Part shown: piece after piece, positions 35,188 to 47,000 of the stretch
How the letters are laid out: each line of letters starts with the position of its first letter
How positions within the stretch are numbered: position 1 is the stretch's first letter
Assembly (NCBI GenBank): GCA_034226945.1
Contig: CP120461.1
Location: 744,001-808,000, forward strand
Direction: 5' to 3'
Length of the DNA: 64,000 nucleotides
DNA from: Picochlorum sp. SENEW3
Taxonomy: Eukaryota
Program-made: the position numbers and the translations under genes
The notes under the pieces: generated by a model
What the model was told of the DNA's origin: nothing
Databases searched by the model: none
The model's input: only the letters and a program-made list of their open reading frames with translations

Positions 35188-36906
35188 ATGCAGTCCACTG
35201 GTAGAATCGACAGTAGCAGATTACTACCTGCTTCTGTCACGCGGGCTCGACATCGGCAATATCCAACGGCATATACGACATCGACATCACATCATGTTCA
35301 TCTATGCCATGCACAGTGCAACAGAGGCAGTGTGCAGTTGATGAGATCCAGTGGCAACACTGCTGGACATGCACTGTCGTCGTTGGTCAGTGCATGTCGG
35401 CAGCAGAAGGCATCCTCTCTCTTCGTCACGCGAGCTACGACAACAGAGTACGAGTCCATGGAAGTTCCATGGAGAGATATGAAGGAGCCAAGGATTAATC
35501 TCGTGGTGAAATTTGGGGGATCCTCTGTTGCCACAGCGGAACGAATGAGAGAGGTGGCCCAGATCATTTGTGGATTTAAAGACACCATGCCAATGGTGGT
35601 GCTGTCTGCCATGGGAAAGACGACGAATTTACTTCTTCAAGCTGGATCAGAAGCGTTGCATACGAGTCCAAAGAGCGTCGGATCTTTGCAGCCTTTACGG
35701 GCTATCAAGGAATTGCATCGAGAGACGGCAACTGTGCTTGGTGTTGATAATGACACAAAAGATGAGATGGAAAGTCTGTTACTGCAACTTACCCAGCTTC
35801 TTGTAGGAATATCTATTATGCAGGATTTAACTCCTCGGGCGAAAGATTCACTCGTGTCGTTTGGAGAGCGATTATCCACCCGATTGTTTGCATCCTATCT
35901 GCGGGCGCATGGCATTCCTGCGTCACAGTATGATGCTCCGGAGGTTGGCGTCATCACCAATGATAACTTTACGAATGCCGATGTGGACTATCCAGCGACG
36001 CTTGAAGCATTGCGTGCATCGTTTTCGGATCACATGTCCGGCAAGAAATGCGAGGTGGCAGTGGTTACTGGATTCCTGGGGCGGGGTGCATGCACTGGAG
36101 CCATCACCACCCTCGGCCGAGGAGGCAGTGATCTCACCTGCACTCTCTTGGGAGCAGCCCTGAATTTAGAAGAAGTCCAAGTGTGGAAGGATGTTGACGG
36201 CGTGTTGACATCTGACCCAAGAATTGTGGACGGTGCCCGTCCAGTTGATTTTTTAACGTTTGAAGAAGCCACAGAGCTGGCCTTTTTTGGGGCCACCGTG
36301 CTCCACCCTCTATCCATGCAGCCGGCAGCAGAATACTGCCACGATACCAACATGGGAGTCAGAGTTAAAAATAGTTACAATCCATTGGCGCCAGGTACAT
36401 TAATTAGCAAAGAGAGAGACATGGATGATGCCCTCGTCACATCTATTGTTCTCAAACAACACGTCACGCTGGTGGATATCGTCTCGACTCGGATGCTTGG
36501 ACAAATTGGATTTCTTGCTAGGGTATTTGAAATATTTAACAACGAGGGACTCAGTGTGGACGTCGTGGCGACATCAGAGGTGTCACTTTCTCTGACGCTT
36601 GATCCAGCAAAAACGCTTTGGGAGCGAGATTTGATTGACGAGGAGCTCGAGGCACTGATGCAGGCATTCCAGGGCGTCGCCAAGACGTCGTATAGAAGAG
36701 GGTACTCAATCCTCTCCCTCATTTGCAACGTGAAGAGGACATCAGAAATCTTGGAACGAGTCTTCCGTGTCCTGGGACGACAAGGCATCAATGTTCAAAT
36801 GATGAGCCAGGGTGCCAGCAAGACCAACATCGCCCTCATTCTAAACGATTCACAGGCAACGCATGCACTCCACGCATTACATAAGGAATTTTTCGGGTCA
36901 TCCTAA
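35188..36906 (+). CDS. Monofunctional plastid aspartate kinase (two ACT domains)
   Basis: KFGGSS, SAMGKTTN, TTLGRGGSDLT, WKDVDGV, STRMLGQIGFLA, QGASKTNI; transit peptide. Confidence 0.95.
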   Translation: MQSTGRIDSSRLLPASVTRARHRQYPTAYTTSTSHHVHLCHAQCNRGSVQLMRSSGNTAGHALSSLVSACRQQKASSLFVTRATTTEYESMEVPWRDMKEPRINLVVKFGGSSVATAERMREVAQIICGFKDTMPMVVLSAMGKTTNLLLQAGSEALHTSPKSVGSLQPLRAIKELHRETATVLGVDNDTKDEMESLLLQLTQLLVGISIMQDLTPRAKDSLVSFGERLSTRLFASYLRAHGIPASQYDAPEVGVITNDNFTNADVDYPATLEALRASFSDHMSGKKCEVAVVTGFLGRGACTGAITTLGRGGSDLTCTLLGAALNLEEVQVWKDVDGVLTSDPRIVDGARPVDFLTFEEATELAFFGATVLHPLSMQPAAEYCHDTNMGVRVKNSYNPLAPGTLISKERDMDDALVTSIVLKQHVTLVDIVSTRMLGQIGFLARVFEIFNNEGLSVDVVATSEVSLSLTLDPAKTLWERDLIDEELEALMQAFQGVAKTSYRRGYSILSLICNVKRTSEILERVFRVLGRQGINVQMMSQGASKTNIALILNDSQATHALHALHKEFFGSS

Positions 36907-36930
36907 GAATAATAATGTTACATGGACGTC

Positions 36931-37324
36931 TTATGCCTCTCGAATACACGAGTACGATGCCACCCACATCAACAAAAAGAAGGACAAGGCCTGACCAAAA
37001 CCTTCCATGGTCAAAGGCTGCTTCTCATCCTCATACTTTGCAGGGTCCACCCCTTGATACGTAAACCAAGAATTCGGAACCATGAAATTCAGACCCAAAA
37101 ATCTGCACAGCATGACTATCTGATGTTCACTCATCAAATACAAACGATCTGGCTGATGGATACACGTACGTTAAAAATGCATATAATCCCTCTATACTTC
37201 CTAATCCAAAAATCAGTCCTAGTCCGCCAGCAAGCACGATTCGAAGCGTAAAAACAGCATCGTACAAGTCAGCCTGCGTCCAGTGAGACTGCGGCGATAT
37301 AATCCTTCCAAGCAATGAAGCCAT
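36931..37324 (-). CDS. RAB5IF: RAB5IF/OPTI (Rab5-interacting, EMC6-like) membrane protein, 2 exons
   Basis: W...DLYDAVFTLRIVLAGGLGLIFG...EG...YQGVD...LTMEGFGQALSFFLLMWV.SY. Intron 37169-37103. Confidence 0.8.
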
Positions 37325-37644
37325 ATTTTTTTGTGATTTCTATGAGAATTTTCTACAGACTGAGCTTGATCCATGGCCGGAATTCATACATTAAAATTTT
37401 GAACATTTCTAATTCGTAATTACGGCGAGGCACATCGCTTCTGTTCCTCTGATATCCACCTCTCGTATCCATCGTTGAACACACATAGTGTAAACCATGT
37501 ATTTTCAAGCCATATATTAGAGCAGATAGGAATAGGAGAGGTTGGAAGTGGATGAGCTCGTGCAGCAACTGTCTCAACACCAACGACATTGTCATTCTTC
37601 CCGGATACGCGTTGCGTCACAGAATTTGATAGATATTTGTACCA

Positions 37645-39471
37645 ATGGGTATTCAAGGGTTGCTACCGAGGTTGAAAAGTGTCACGGAACGGATCCATGT
37701 GTCACAGCTCAAGGGCAAAACAGTGGCTATTGATGCCTATTGTTTGCTTCATAAAGGGGCGTATACGTGTGCCCGCGAGCTTGTAGAGGGTATACCAACT
37801 GATAAATGTGTACAGTTTTGCATCAAAAGGATTGATGTGTTGATACAGGAGGGAGTGAGGCCTTTTGTGGTGTTGGATGGGGGGCCTCTGCCGAATAAGA
37901 AGGAGGAAGAGGAGACTCGAGCTGCCAATCGGCGGGAGAATAGAGACAAGGCGAGAGCGTTGTGGGGGCAAGGGAGTCGAGTGGCGTCCATGGAGTATTA
38001 TCAGAGGGCTGTGGATATCACGCCGGAGATTGCACATGGGCTAGTTGAGGCATTGATACGCCGTAACATTGAATACATTGTAGCCCCGTATGAAGCAGAT
38101 GCACAGTGTGCATATTTAGCCCATCGAGGTATTGTGGATGCTGTATTGACGGAGGATTCTGATTTGCTAGCGTACGGGTGCCCACATGTAGTGTTGAAGT
38201 TTGATGGGACTGGGGAAGCTGATCAAATACGATTTTCTGATTTGGCGCACTGCAGGGATCTGTCCTTTGTTGGATGGGACCTTGGGTTGTTCCAGCAAAT
38301 GTGCGTCATGGCTGGGTGCGACTTTGTCAAAGCATTGCCAGGTATTGGAATAAAAAAGGCACATGCTCACATCAGACGCACGCGTCATATTCAGCGTGCT
38401 ATACGGGGTCTCAAGTTTGATGGCATTCGTGTTCCACCAGAGTATGAGAAAAAGGTTCAGAGAGCATTATGGACGTTTAAATATCAGCGAGTGTATTGCC
38501 CTCGTAGACAACGTGTTGTGCATTTGAATGATTTGCCCGAGGATGGGTTGGAGAGCGACGGATTTGTAAAGGATGCAGCCGTCTTGGAGAGTGGAGAAGA
38601 GGACTTTCTGGGAAAGAGCATTCCTGCTGGCGTTGCTCGAGGCATTGCAACGGGAAAGTTGAATCCTTTTACATGGAAGCCGTATGGAATGTCGGATATA
38701 TCGTCGAATAGGACAGAGACATCAATGTTCTCAAGGAAGAGACCTAGAAATGATGCGTCCGTGTCAGAGTTGTTGCATCATCTCAATGAAGATGATGATG
38801 GTCACTCGGGGAAGCCCATAGTACGAAAACCAAATGGACAACGTATCACACCTCTGAGTTCTTTAAAGACAATGTTGAACAAGGCATTATCATGCACACG
38901 AAGAACGAGCGAGAATGTCGAAGAAGAAGAAGATGCATCAGACATGAAGAAGAAGAAGAAGAAGGTTGGTGAAGAGGAAGAAGAAGAAGAAGAGGCTCAC
39001 ATGCTATTCACTCCCATGTGGAAACCGAAACGGGTCGATAGCCTCTCCCCTCGAAAGCCATTGAGTCCTGATAATAATAACATAGCAGCAGCAGCAGTAG
39101 TAGAAGACGCGCCCAGGCAGGTGTCAACGCCAGGTATTTATCTACCAGATGTACTGGAGAGTCCTGAGAATACCACAGCATACACCGTCTTTGGAAAACA
39201 CTCTTCACCAGTTCCCCGTCGCAGTGTCTCTCTATCGATACAAACACACAGGGAAAAGAAAACATGGAAGAGAAGCCGTCACAATAGCGTTGGGAATGCT
39301 GATGAGGAGAATATTATTGCCCATGAAGAAGAGCACCGTGGACCTTGTCTTGGACATTTGGCCGAAACCTCTCGACAGGCAGCTGACGCCCTGCATGCCA
39401 TCGAAACCTCATTTGTGCCACCTCCTCTCCGTCAACGGCAGAATATTTTTGCTAAATTTTCCAAAAAGTAA
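37645..39471 (+). CDS. EXO1: Exonuclease 1 (XPG/FEN1 family)
   Basis: MGIQGLLP.LK, LHKGAY.CA, APYEADAQ, TEDSDLL, GCDF...PGIGIKKA, F.YQRVYCP. Confidence 0.95.
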   Translation: MGIQGLLPRLKSVTERIHVSQLKGKTVAIDAYCLLHKGAYTCARELVEGIPTDKCVQFCIKRIDVLIQEGVRPFVVLDGGPLPNKKEEEETRAANRRENRDKARALWGQGSRVASMEYYQRAVDITPEIAHGLVEALIRRNIEYIVAPYEADAQCAYLAHRGIVDAVLTEDSDLLAYGCPHVVLKFDGTGEADQIRFSDLAHCRDLSFVGWDLGLFQQMCVMAGCDFVKALPGIGIKKAHAHIRRTRHIQRAIRGLKFDGIRVPPEYEKKVQRALWTFKYQRVYCPRRQRVVHLNDLPEDGLESDGFVKDAAVLESGEEDFLGKSIPAGVARGIATGKLNPFTWKPYGMSDISSNRTETSMFSRKRPRNDASVSELLHHLNEDDDGHSGKPIVRKPNGQRITPLSSLKTMLNKALSCTRRTSENVEEEEDASDMKKKKKKVGEEEEEEEEAHMLFTPMWKPKRVDSLSPRKPLSPDNNNIAAAAVVEDAPRQVSTPGIYLPDVLESPENTTAYTVFGKHSSPVPRRSVSLSIQTHREKKTWKRSRHNSVGNADEENIIAHEEEHRGPCLGHLAETSRQAADALHAIETSFVPPPLRQRQNIFAKFSKK

Positions 39472-39528
39472 TATATACGTGTAATTCTTGGTGGATTGCA
39501 GCAGATAGACGATAGAAATAGTAGAAGA

Positions 39529-40144
39529 ATGGCGGAAGGAGAAGCAACAGTGATCGAGCCACTCGCAGTCGAGTATGATAGCATTACAGGTACGATTGGT
39601 TTATTTAACTACACAATAAGAATGAATTCTTATCTGAAATAATAATAATACCCTCGTGGGTTGTACAGGAATTCCATCAGAGTTCAACGAGTTTCTCCCA
39701 AAGGACTGCGCAGAGTTTAAAAATTGGAAAGCTGCCAAAGAAGGGGGAGATGTGGAAGGGGCGATGGGTGCCATGAAGATTGGAGACGATGCTGCAGAAA
39801 AGGAGAGCAAGTCTGGTAAGAAGAAGAAGAAGAAGAATGTGCCGATGATTGTGTTGGAAAGGAATACCAGGAATAAGAGAAAATGTGTTACGACTATTAG
39901 CGGGCTGGATTTGTTTGGTGTCAAGTTGAATGAGGCAGCAAAGATGTTTGGGAAAAAGTTTGCTTCAGGAGCATCGGTAACAAAGAATGCTGAGAATAAA
40001 GAGCAGATTGATTGTCAGGGCGACTTTTTGGATCAGGCTGTAGAGCTTATACTGAAACAGTACAAGGAGGTGTCAAAGAAGGATATTTATCATGTGGAAT
40101 CGAAGAAAAAAGTTCCATACTTTCCAGAGGAAGTTAGTAAATAA
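39529..40144 (+). CDS. DENR: DENR/Tma22 (SUI1-domain translation reinitiation factor), 2 exons
   Basis: RNKRKCVTTISGLDLFGVKL..AAK.FGKKFASGASV...EQIDCQGD. Intron 39590-39668. Confidence 0.9.
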
Positions 40145-40169
40145 TAGTTGCATGTTGTTGTAATAATAC

Positions 40170-42634
40170 CTATGGATATTCTACATCTTGGTCGGATGAT
40201 GGCTTGTCTCGAGGATTATTCTTTTTGCGTTCCTGAATCATCTCTGGCGATAGGCGTTCAAGAGGCGGGCCTGCCCTCGAGGGTGGGCCTTTTCCCCTAC
40301 CTACGGCGTTGTTGTTTGGTCGTCTAGATTTATTCGGCGCTTTTCGAGGTGGCCTTGGGCCTTCGTTCGACTTGTTTCCCGCAGAATCTCTCACAGATTT
40401 ACTTGACCTTCTCTTTGCCATGGCTCCCGCTGCAGCTCCCATGCGTGGGTCCGCTTCATGTGCGATGATGATGACTTCCGGGCGTCTATTGTTGAATTGT
40501 TTTGACGCTCTGCGAATAGAATCGCCTACAACGCGTTCAACAGCGCTGAGTGCAGCATCTCCAGGGAGCTTGCTAATAGCTGCCTCGGCAGAAGAATGTA
40601 ACAATTCCAACAACTTTCCACCATCCGTCCACATCGCTCTTGTCGTAATTCTGATCTTGGCTTTGAGCTTTTTCCGTGCTGCGTCTTGCAGCGCCATGGC
40701 ATTCGCTGGTGCATCCCCCTTTGAGGCTGAAACAGCTGCAATGGCGGAGATGACTGCTGGATCACGAATGACATCAACAGCAGCCACCACGACTCCTTCC
40801 GCTGCAATATGTTGCCGTTGTTGTAATCCCATTTCTGATGCAGTTCCTGTTCCTTTATTCCCATCGTTATAGAAATTGACCAATTTTGCCTCTCCCAGCA
40901 AGGCTGCAGACCCAATGGACACTGTATTCTTGTTTCTCCTGTCATACACACCCAACATTTGTCCATTTCGGATGACGGATGTATTTTGAACTCCAGTCTC
41001 CCGCCCAAGTTGTGCATGTGCACATAAGAAAGAATACTCTCCGTGAACGGGCAAGAAATGCTGAGGCTTGACAGCCCGCAGAATCTCCTCCAACTCTCCC
41101 TTGTACGCATGCCCAGACGTATGTAAACCTTCTTCTCTACTCATGGCTATTTCAGGACCCATCTCAGCTATTCTATTCATCATTTGAACTACCTTTGTAT
41201 CATTTCCAGGAATGATTTTCGCAGAATACAAGAGCAAATCAGAATTCTTCAACTTTAACAAATGACTGGCATCACGTGACGCAAGAGAAAGAGCTGCCCG
41301 TGGCTCTCCTTGACTCCCAGTGGTCACAACAAGCAACTCATTAGGATCCATATCATCAATAGCAGATTGTGGTACCAAATCTTTCGGATTAATCGGCGCC
41401 CTTCCCTCCCGATATGTAGCTTCCAAGTATGTATTCAGACTCATCCCAATGAAGCAAATCTTCCTTCCAGCTGCGTCAGCAGCTTTTTTCACAGATGCTA
41501 GACGATGCAAATTCGATGCAAATTGTGTCGTGATGACTCGCCCTTTTCCGTGGTGGCCCATCACCCGTCTGATCAAATTCTTCTCCACATCAGCCTCGCT
41601 GGTGGTCCTCCCTGGGGACAACACATTTGTAGAATCCGACATGAACAACGTCACATTCTCTTTCCCTAACTCGTAAAAGAATTCCCTATCAAATGCATCT
41701 CCATCGACCGGATTCTCATCTATTTTCCAATCCCCAGTATGCACGATAGTTCCCTCGTCAGAACGCAGCACCAATCCACAGCAATCTGGAATCGAATGCG
41801 TCACCCTAAGAGGCTCCGCCTCGAATGGCCCACACTGAAACGGCTTCCTAACTTCCAACGTATGCATCCTCGACGCATCCCACAGATTAAACTCTTGCAA
41901 CCGCCTCTTGATCAGCTGCATCGCAAAACCTCCCGCATAAATCGGGGTTGTGGGATCCAAGGCAGGAACAACCCATGGCATGGCTCCGATATGATCTTCA
42001 TGACCATGTGTGATGACCACCGCCTCAATCTTATCTCTCCATTGCGCCAAAAACGATGTATCAGGCAAAATCTTTTGCATCCCCAAATCAGAAAAACTGC
42101 AATATACATATAGATGATAATATGTTCATCATCATACCAATGACATACAATGCAGCACTCATATCAACCTACTCTGGGAACATCAGTCCAGCATCTATAA
42201 GTATATATCGATCCCGAATGCCCACCAACATACAATTCATCCCAATCTCCCCAAGACCACCAATTGGCAACACTCTAATAGGAGGACCCTCATCTCCAGG
42301 AGGACCAGGAAAACGACGCTGAAAACCCTTGCTCAACGACGATCCCAAATGATCCTCTCCATCACTGCGAACAATCACACGATTCCCTTGCCTCGGACGA
42401 CGTTGCCCTACAACAAAAGACACATCATGGTTATACACATCTGTCACTCAGAAGGCAAGAGATCCAACCAACCGGGAATAAACAACAATGCGTACCTCCT
42501 GATTGCTTGCAATATACCTTGACGTCATACCGCCGTCCAATCCGGCCTCGACACCCGCGAAAGAAGACATTTCCTCCTCCTGTCGGGGAGATGCACGCAC
42601 GGCTACTGGGCATGGCCCCATGAAACCGACGCAT
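40170..42634 (-). CDS. RNJ: Plastid ribonuclease J (metallo-beta-lactamase/beta-CASP), 3 exons
   Basis: [47 protein letters not shown]; transit peptide exon. Exact start is uncertain. Confidence 0.93.
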
Positions 42635-42808
42635 GACTCAATCAACTTTAGACCAATAAATCTAAATAATTTCTGAACAGGTTCCCTGATACACGACGCA
42701 AATGGCAGTAGAGTACAGATAATTATCAATTACCATGCATTTGTTTTTGAAACTATCCCTCTCGAACACCTATATCGATATCCTTGTATTTAAATACATT
42801 AGTATATA

Positions 42809-43956
42809 TTATATATGTGCTAATTCACCCAGATAGAGGGTCTTGTCTGAACTTGCAGACGCTACGATTGGTTCTTTGGGGTGAAATGCAACATCATTCA
42901 CACTGCCCTCGTGTCCAGGGAGGCTATACAGGACGTCTCCGGTTGCAACGCTCCATATATGAACAAATCGATCACTACTACCTCCAGATACTTGTTTACC
43001 ATCGGCTGACCATGCGCATCTGAGCAAATTCTTCTCAAAGCCATGCTGATGACCAGTGAATACCCTCACGCATCTGGAATCAGGAGCATAGGGTCGAACA
43101 TCCCAACTCCGCATGGTATTATCCATGGAATTGGTCAGTAGATGGGTGCCTGATGGGGACACTTCCATGCCAGTAATGGTATCAGAATGCCCTTCCAGCG
43201 TCATGATCACATCATCCTTTCTCACATCCCACACTTTGACAGTATTATCGATACCTCCAGTGAAGACTTGATCTCCATCTTCTGATATATCTACTGCAGT
43301 TATTTGATATCGCTCTGTCAAGGTTTTAGCGGCCCCTTTGGCCCTCATATCCCAGAGTTTGACAGAACAATCATCAGACCCAGAGACTGCCATTGGGGTC
43401 CCCCGGCGTTGCACGGAGCAGCAGTTCACGATATCTGTATGGTCCTTCATAATACCTACTTGTTCCCCTGTCATAGCGTCCCACGACCGCACCGTGGTAT
43501 CCGGAGAACAGGATACCAGGTGCTCACCGTCACCCGTCCACTGCACCTGCAACACAGCATTCTTGTGTCCGCTCAGGACACTAAAGTTCTCACACTCTCC
43601 ATACGTCCTCCATAAGAATATCTTCTTATCATGACTCCCAGATGCAACAATATCGCCCTCTGGATTAAATCTAACGCAGAATACTTGATCTCCATGCCCA
43701 GTCAGAAGCATTGTCGGAGCGAGAAGAGCTGATGTGCGATCTGGACCCTGCATATGTTATGTTTTTAATCAATATATGCGAGTAGATGAGACAAGGCATG
43801 ATGCATGTCATGGCGTACCTGTGGTTGGCCATTTTGTGTCTTTTGTCCTCTCCCGACCAGCGACAGTGAGGTCTTTTGTCTCTTAATTTCTACTATAGAT
43901 CCATCATAGTTGTTGTTGTTGTCATCATCTGTTTCTAAGGGCCGCTTATCCGCCAT
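42809..43956 (-). CDS. SNRNP40: U5 snRNP 40 kDa WD40 protein, 2 exons
   Basis: RTSALLAPTMLLTGH, WDVRPYAP..RC, HGFEKNLLRCAWS, FHPKEPI..SSDKTLYLGE. Intron 43818-43748. Confidence 0.95.
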
Positions 43957-44836
43957 GCGTTGTTTTAATGATTTAATGCTTGTGTGGATTTTTGTTCTTC
44001 GGCCTGGTAGGATTAGTATTCTTTGTTATTGCTTTTGCTCAACAAGGGCAATTTTAGATCTGTTTTTATATATTTTTTTAATGATGAAGTGAATAATTAA
44101 TGGGATCGTTATATATATTCAGATGGATGGATACTGTATCACCTTGTTTTGTATCCAAAAAAGATTATGATGCTTCTTCGTTTCTTATTTCATTATTCCA
44201 ACAATGAGATGACTACTAGAACTAATGTCGGTGTTCACTGCGGTGGGATGGCTTTTGTCTGTACATATATATGTGACTCACATATATATCAGGCTGATGC
44301 GAGGAGGATGTTCAACTGTTTATGACTACCAGGACAGTGTAGTAGTCATAAAAGGCACAAGCTACTTCATGTTGTGGCATCATCCTTTTTATTCAAAAAA
44401 AAGCGAAAGAATGTTACTTTGTTGTTGTTGTTGCCGTTCGTTCTCAGATCCTGTGGAGAGATGGCAGGGATCTGTAGAGTACTTGAACAAACATATTGTT
44501 AGTAAGTAGGCAATGTATGGCTGCCACTCGTGGGATGGTATAGTGCTACACATTTCAAAAAGACATTTTCGGAAAAAATAACAACTTTTGTCCTTTTAAC
44601 CCTGATTTCGCCCTGATCATAATCACGCGTGCAAGGCCGAATTTTTCGTTTACGTTCCGTAACGTAATCGCACCGTGGTGACATGCCAAATTTGGCTTTA
44701 AAACGAGACTGATGCATGGCAAGGTATTTATACATCTTGCCAGTACGTACTGACCCAGATTCACAATTTCTACTCCCATGGGTTGCCGATTAAAAAGATA
44801 AAATCTTCTTTATAGCTCCCGAGCACTTGCATATAT

Positions 44837-46065
44837 ATGCACCCAAACCTTCCACGACTCAGGCTACTTTCCCGATCCAGGGCTCTTCTGGTTCCTTTAC
44901 TCTGCATTATTTGGGCCCATGAGGTTGTAAATACACCAACGGTGTCGGCAGAGCATGCAGAACGGGAGGCGACGCTTGGTGGAATGTGTTTTACCAGCAC
45001 CGTCTCTGATGAGGCAACTCTGAGAGGTCTGCGGCGACAACACGTGAAATTCAATCTAAAGAAGAGGTAGGTAGTCCATGTTTTGCTCAAACCAAAGACT
45101 GTATCATAGTATCTCATGCACATTTTGTTGGTCTCCCGTGCAGTATGTACAGGGATGGCGATGTGATTGCCATTTACAAACTGGACAGACCGGGACATGG
45201 CAGTCTCGCTGGATGTGCGGATGCCTGTCTGTTGAATTGGAGATTGACAGATGATACTAGTCAAGCTCTGGACACAGACTGCTCTCTTCAAACAAACAGT
45301 CACTGTCCCATGACGTCAGGGGTGATTGTTGCAGACAGAAAGTGTGAGGCATTCATGTTCAATCGACAGACAAGTGTGTGTACGTTGCTGTCTGCTGAGC
45401 AATCGATGACGCTTACCCGGAGCAGCAACTTTTGGTCTGGTAAAGTTGTTTGTGAGGATATGACCAGTGTTGATGACTGGGCAGAAGGTGTTGTGAGCAG
45501 ACGCAGTCCACCGCCACCTCCTCCCTCTGGGTTCTACCTGGCATCCAATGGGGTGACGGTCAAGTGTCCTTTAGCAGATGTTGGCGATACGGGTGTAGTG
45601 GATGATGTGACATATACGAAGAGAACTAGAGATCAGATCATCGATAATAACTTAGATCTACTACTAGCACCTGCTGATGTTGCTTCCACATGCACCTCTG
45701 GCATCACAGATATGAGTGGCATGTTTTATCGAAAAGATTTCAATCAGGATATTGGCTCCTGGGACACGTCATCTGTGACAAACATGGCATTCATGTTTTT
45801 TAATGCCTCATCCTTTGACCAGGATATTGGCTCATGGGATGTGTCATCTGTCACAGATATGCGTTATATGTTTGCTGAGGCATCATCCTTCAATCAGATT
45901 CTCAGCAGTTGGGATGCATCTGCGTTGGAAGAGGGAAACTGCTTTCGTTTTGCTCTTGGTGCAACAGCCTGGCTAAATGCCTATGAAGGGGGTATTGCTG
46001 GCAAAAATCCTCCGCTATCAGACAGCATGATTGCTGCAATTTGTGGCTTTGATGGAGCAAATTAA
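44837..46065 (+). CDS. Secreted PAN/apple-like + proline linker + DUF285 (BspA-like) repeat protein, 2 exons
   Basis: Signal-like N-terminus; CADAC...CEAFMFN...CTLL; PPPPP; FYLASNGVTVKCP; repeats FNQDIGSWDTSSVTNM..MF. Intron 45067-45152. Confidence 0.8.
45700..45915 (+). repeat. Approximately 75-nt coding tandem repeat (DUF285 25-aa unit)
   Basis: caggatattggctc.tggga...gtcatctgt.aca repeats at 75-nt spacing. Confidence 0.8.
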
Positions 46066-46175
46066 ACGGACCTTCAGAATGAGGTGAAGACAGTTCATTT
46101 ATGACATTTAACATCATTGAACTTAAATACAATGTGTATCATGCTGGCTCCAAAAATCTGGTGGAGCTCTATCCA

Positions 46176-47000
46176 TCAATGTACATCGTCCTTTCCACCA
46201 GCACGGAGCATATCCTTTGCCTTGTCCTGCTCCTCCTGCAACGATTCTGACGCATACTTGGACAACAACGCCTCCTTCTTACTCTGAATAACTTTCGCTT
46301 CAATCTCTCTATCTTCAGGCAAAGGCACATGGAAATCAAACCTTGTATCCACCGCCGCTTCCTCCTCCCTCACCGAATCCAGCACATCCGTCCTCGCACT
46401 ATTCTCCTCTTCCCAGGCTCGCACAGCCTCCTCCCGCATCACCTTTTCAGCCTCCGCCTCCACCCGCACCAACACCCCATCATCCTCATCTCGATACCCA
46501 TAATAGTCCCCATCCACCCGTCGCTGAAGCTCTCCTTTCGTCGCCTTGGCCACAGGCTGCGCACTATCCAATTTCTCAAACAACTCCTTCACCCCAGGAA
46601 GATTCTTCGCCGCACCATAATACCGATACCCCGCCCCCTTACTCAGAGCCTCCCCAACAACCCTCCCCTTACTATCAGTCACCTTGGGACCAAACCGTGC
46701 ATAATTAGGCCCACCCAACTCGACAATCCGCCTCTCCCAATGCGACTTTTCCCTCATCAATTTATTAATCTCATCATTTAAATCCCGCAATCGATGCTCC
46801 CCCAACCCCTCATTCTGAATATCCATCACTTTCCGACCAATTTCTCTCAGAATCTGATGCCTCCATCCATCCGCTTCACTCAAATCATCACACTGACTCG
46901 CCAAGTACGGCCTCTTTTTCTTCTGAGATTCAATACCACCATCCTTGCTCGCCAGGTACCGATTCAGCATATTCTGCGCTTTTTCCACGTTACGAGCCAT
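46176..47000 (-). CDS. ISY1: Pre-mRNA splicing factor ISY1
   Basis: MARNVEKAQNMLNR, RPYLASQC, LRDLNDEINKLMREK.HWE..I.ELGGPNY, YRYYGAAKNLPGVKELF. Confidence 0.96.
   Translation of the reverse strand: MARNVEKAQNMLNRYLASKDGGIESQKKKRPYLASQCDDLSEADGWRHQILREIGRKVMDIQNEGLGEHRLRDLNDEINKLMREKSHWERRIVELGGPNYARFGPKVTDSKGRVVGEALSKGAGYRYYGAAKNLPGVKELFEKLDSAQPVAKATKGELQRRVDGDYYGYRDEDDGVLVRVEAEAEKVMREEAVRAWEEENSARTDVLDSVREEEAAVDTRFDFHVPLPEDREIEAKVIQSKKEALLSKYASESLQEEQDKAKDMLRAGGKDDVH

Noticed and set aside
45700..45915. CRISPR-like spaced repeats
   Set aside because: These are degenerate in-frame coding repeats in a eukaryotic gene, and no cas genes are present.
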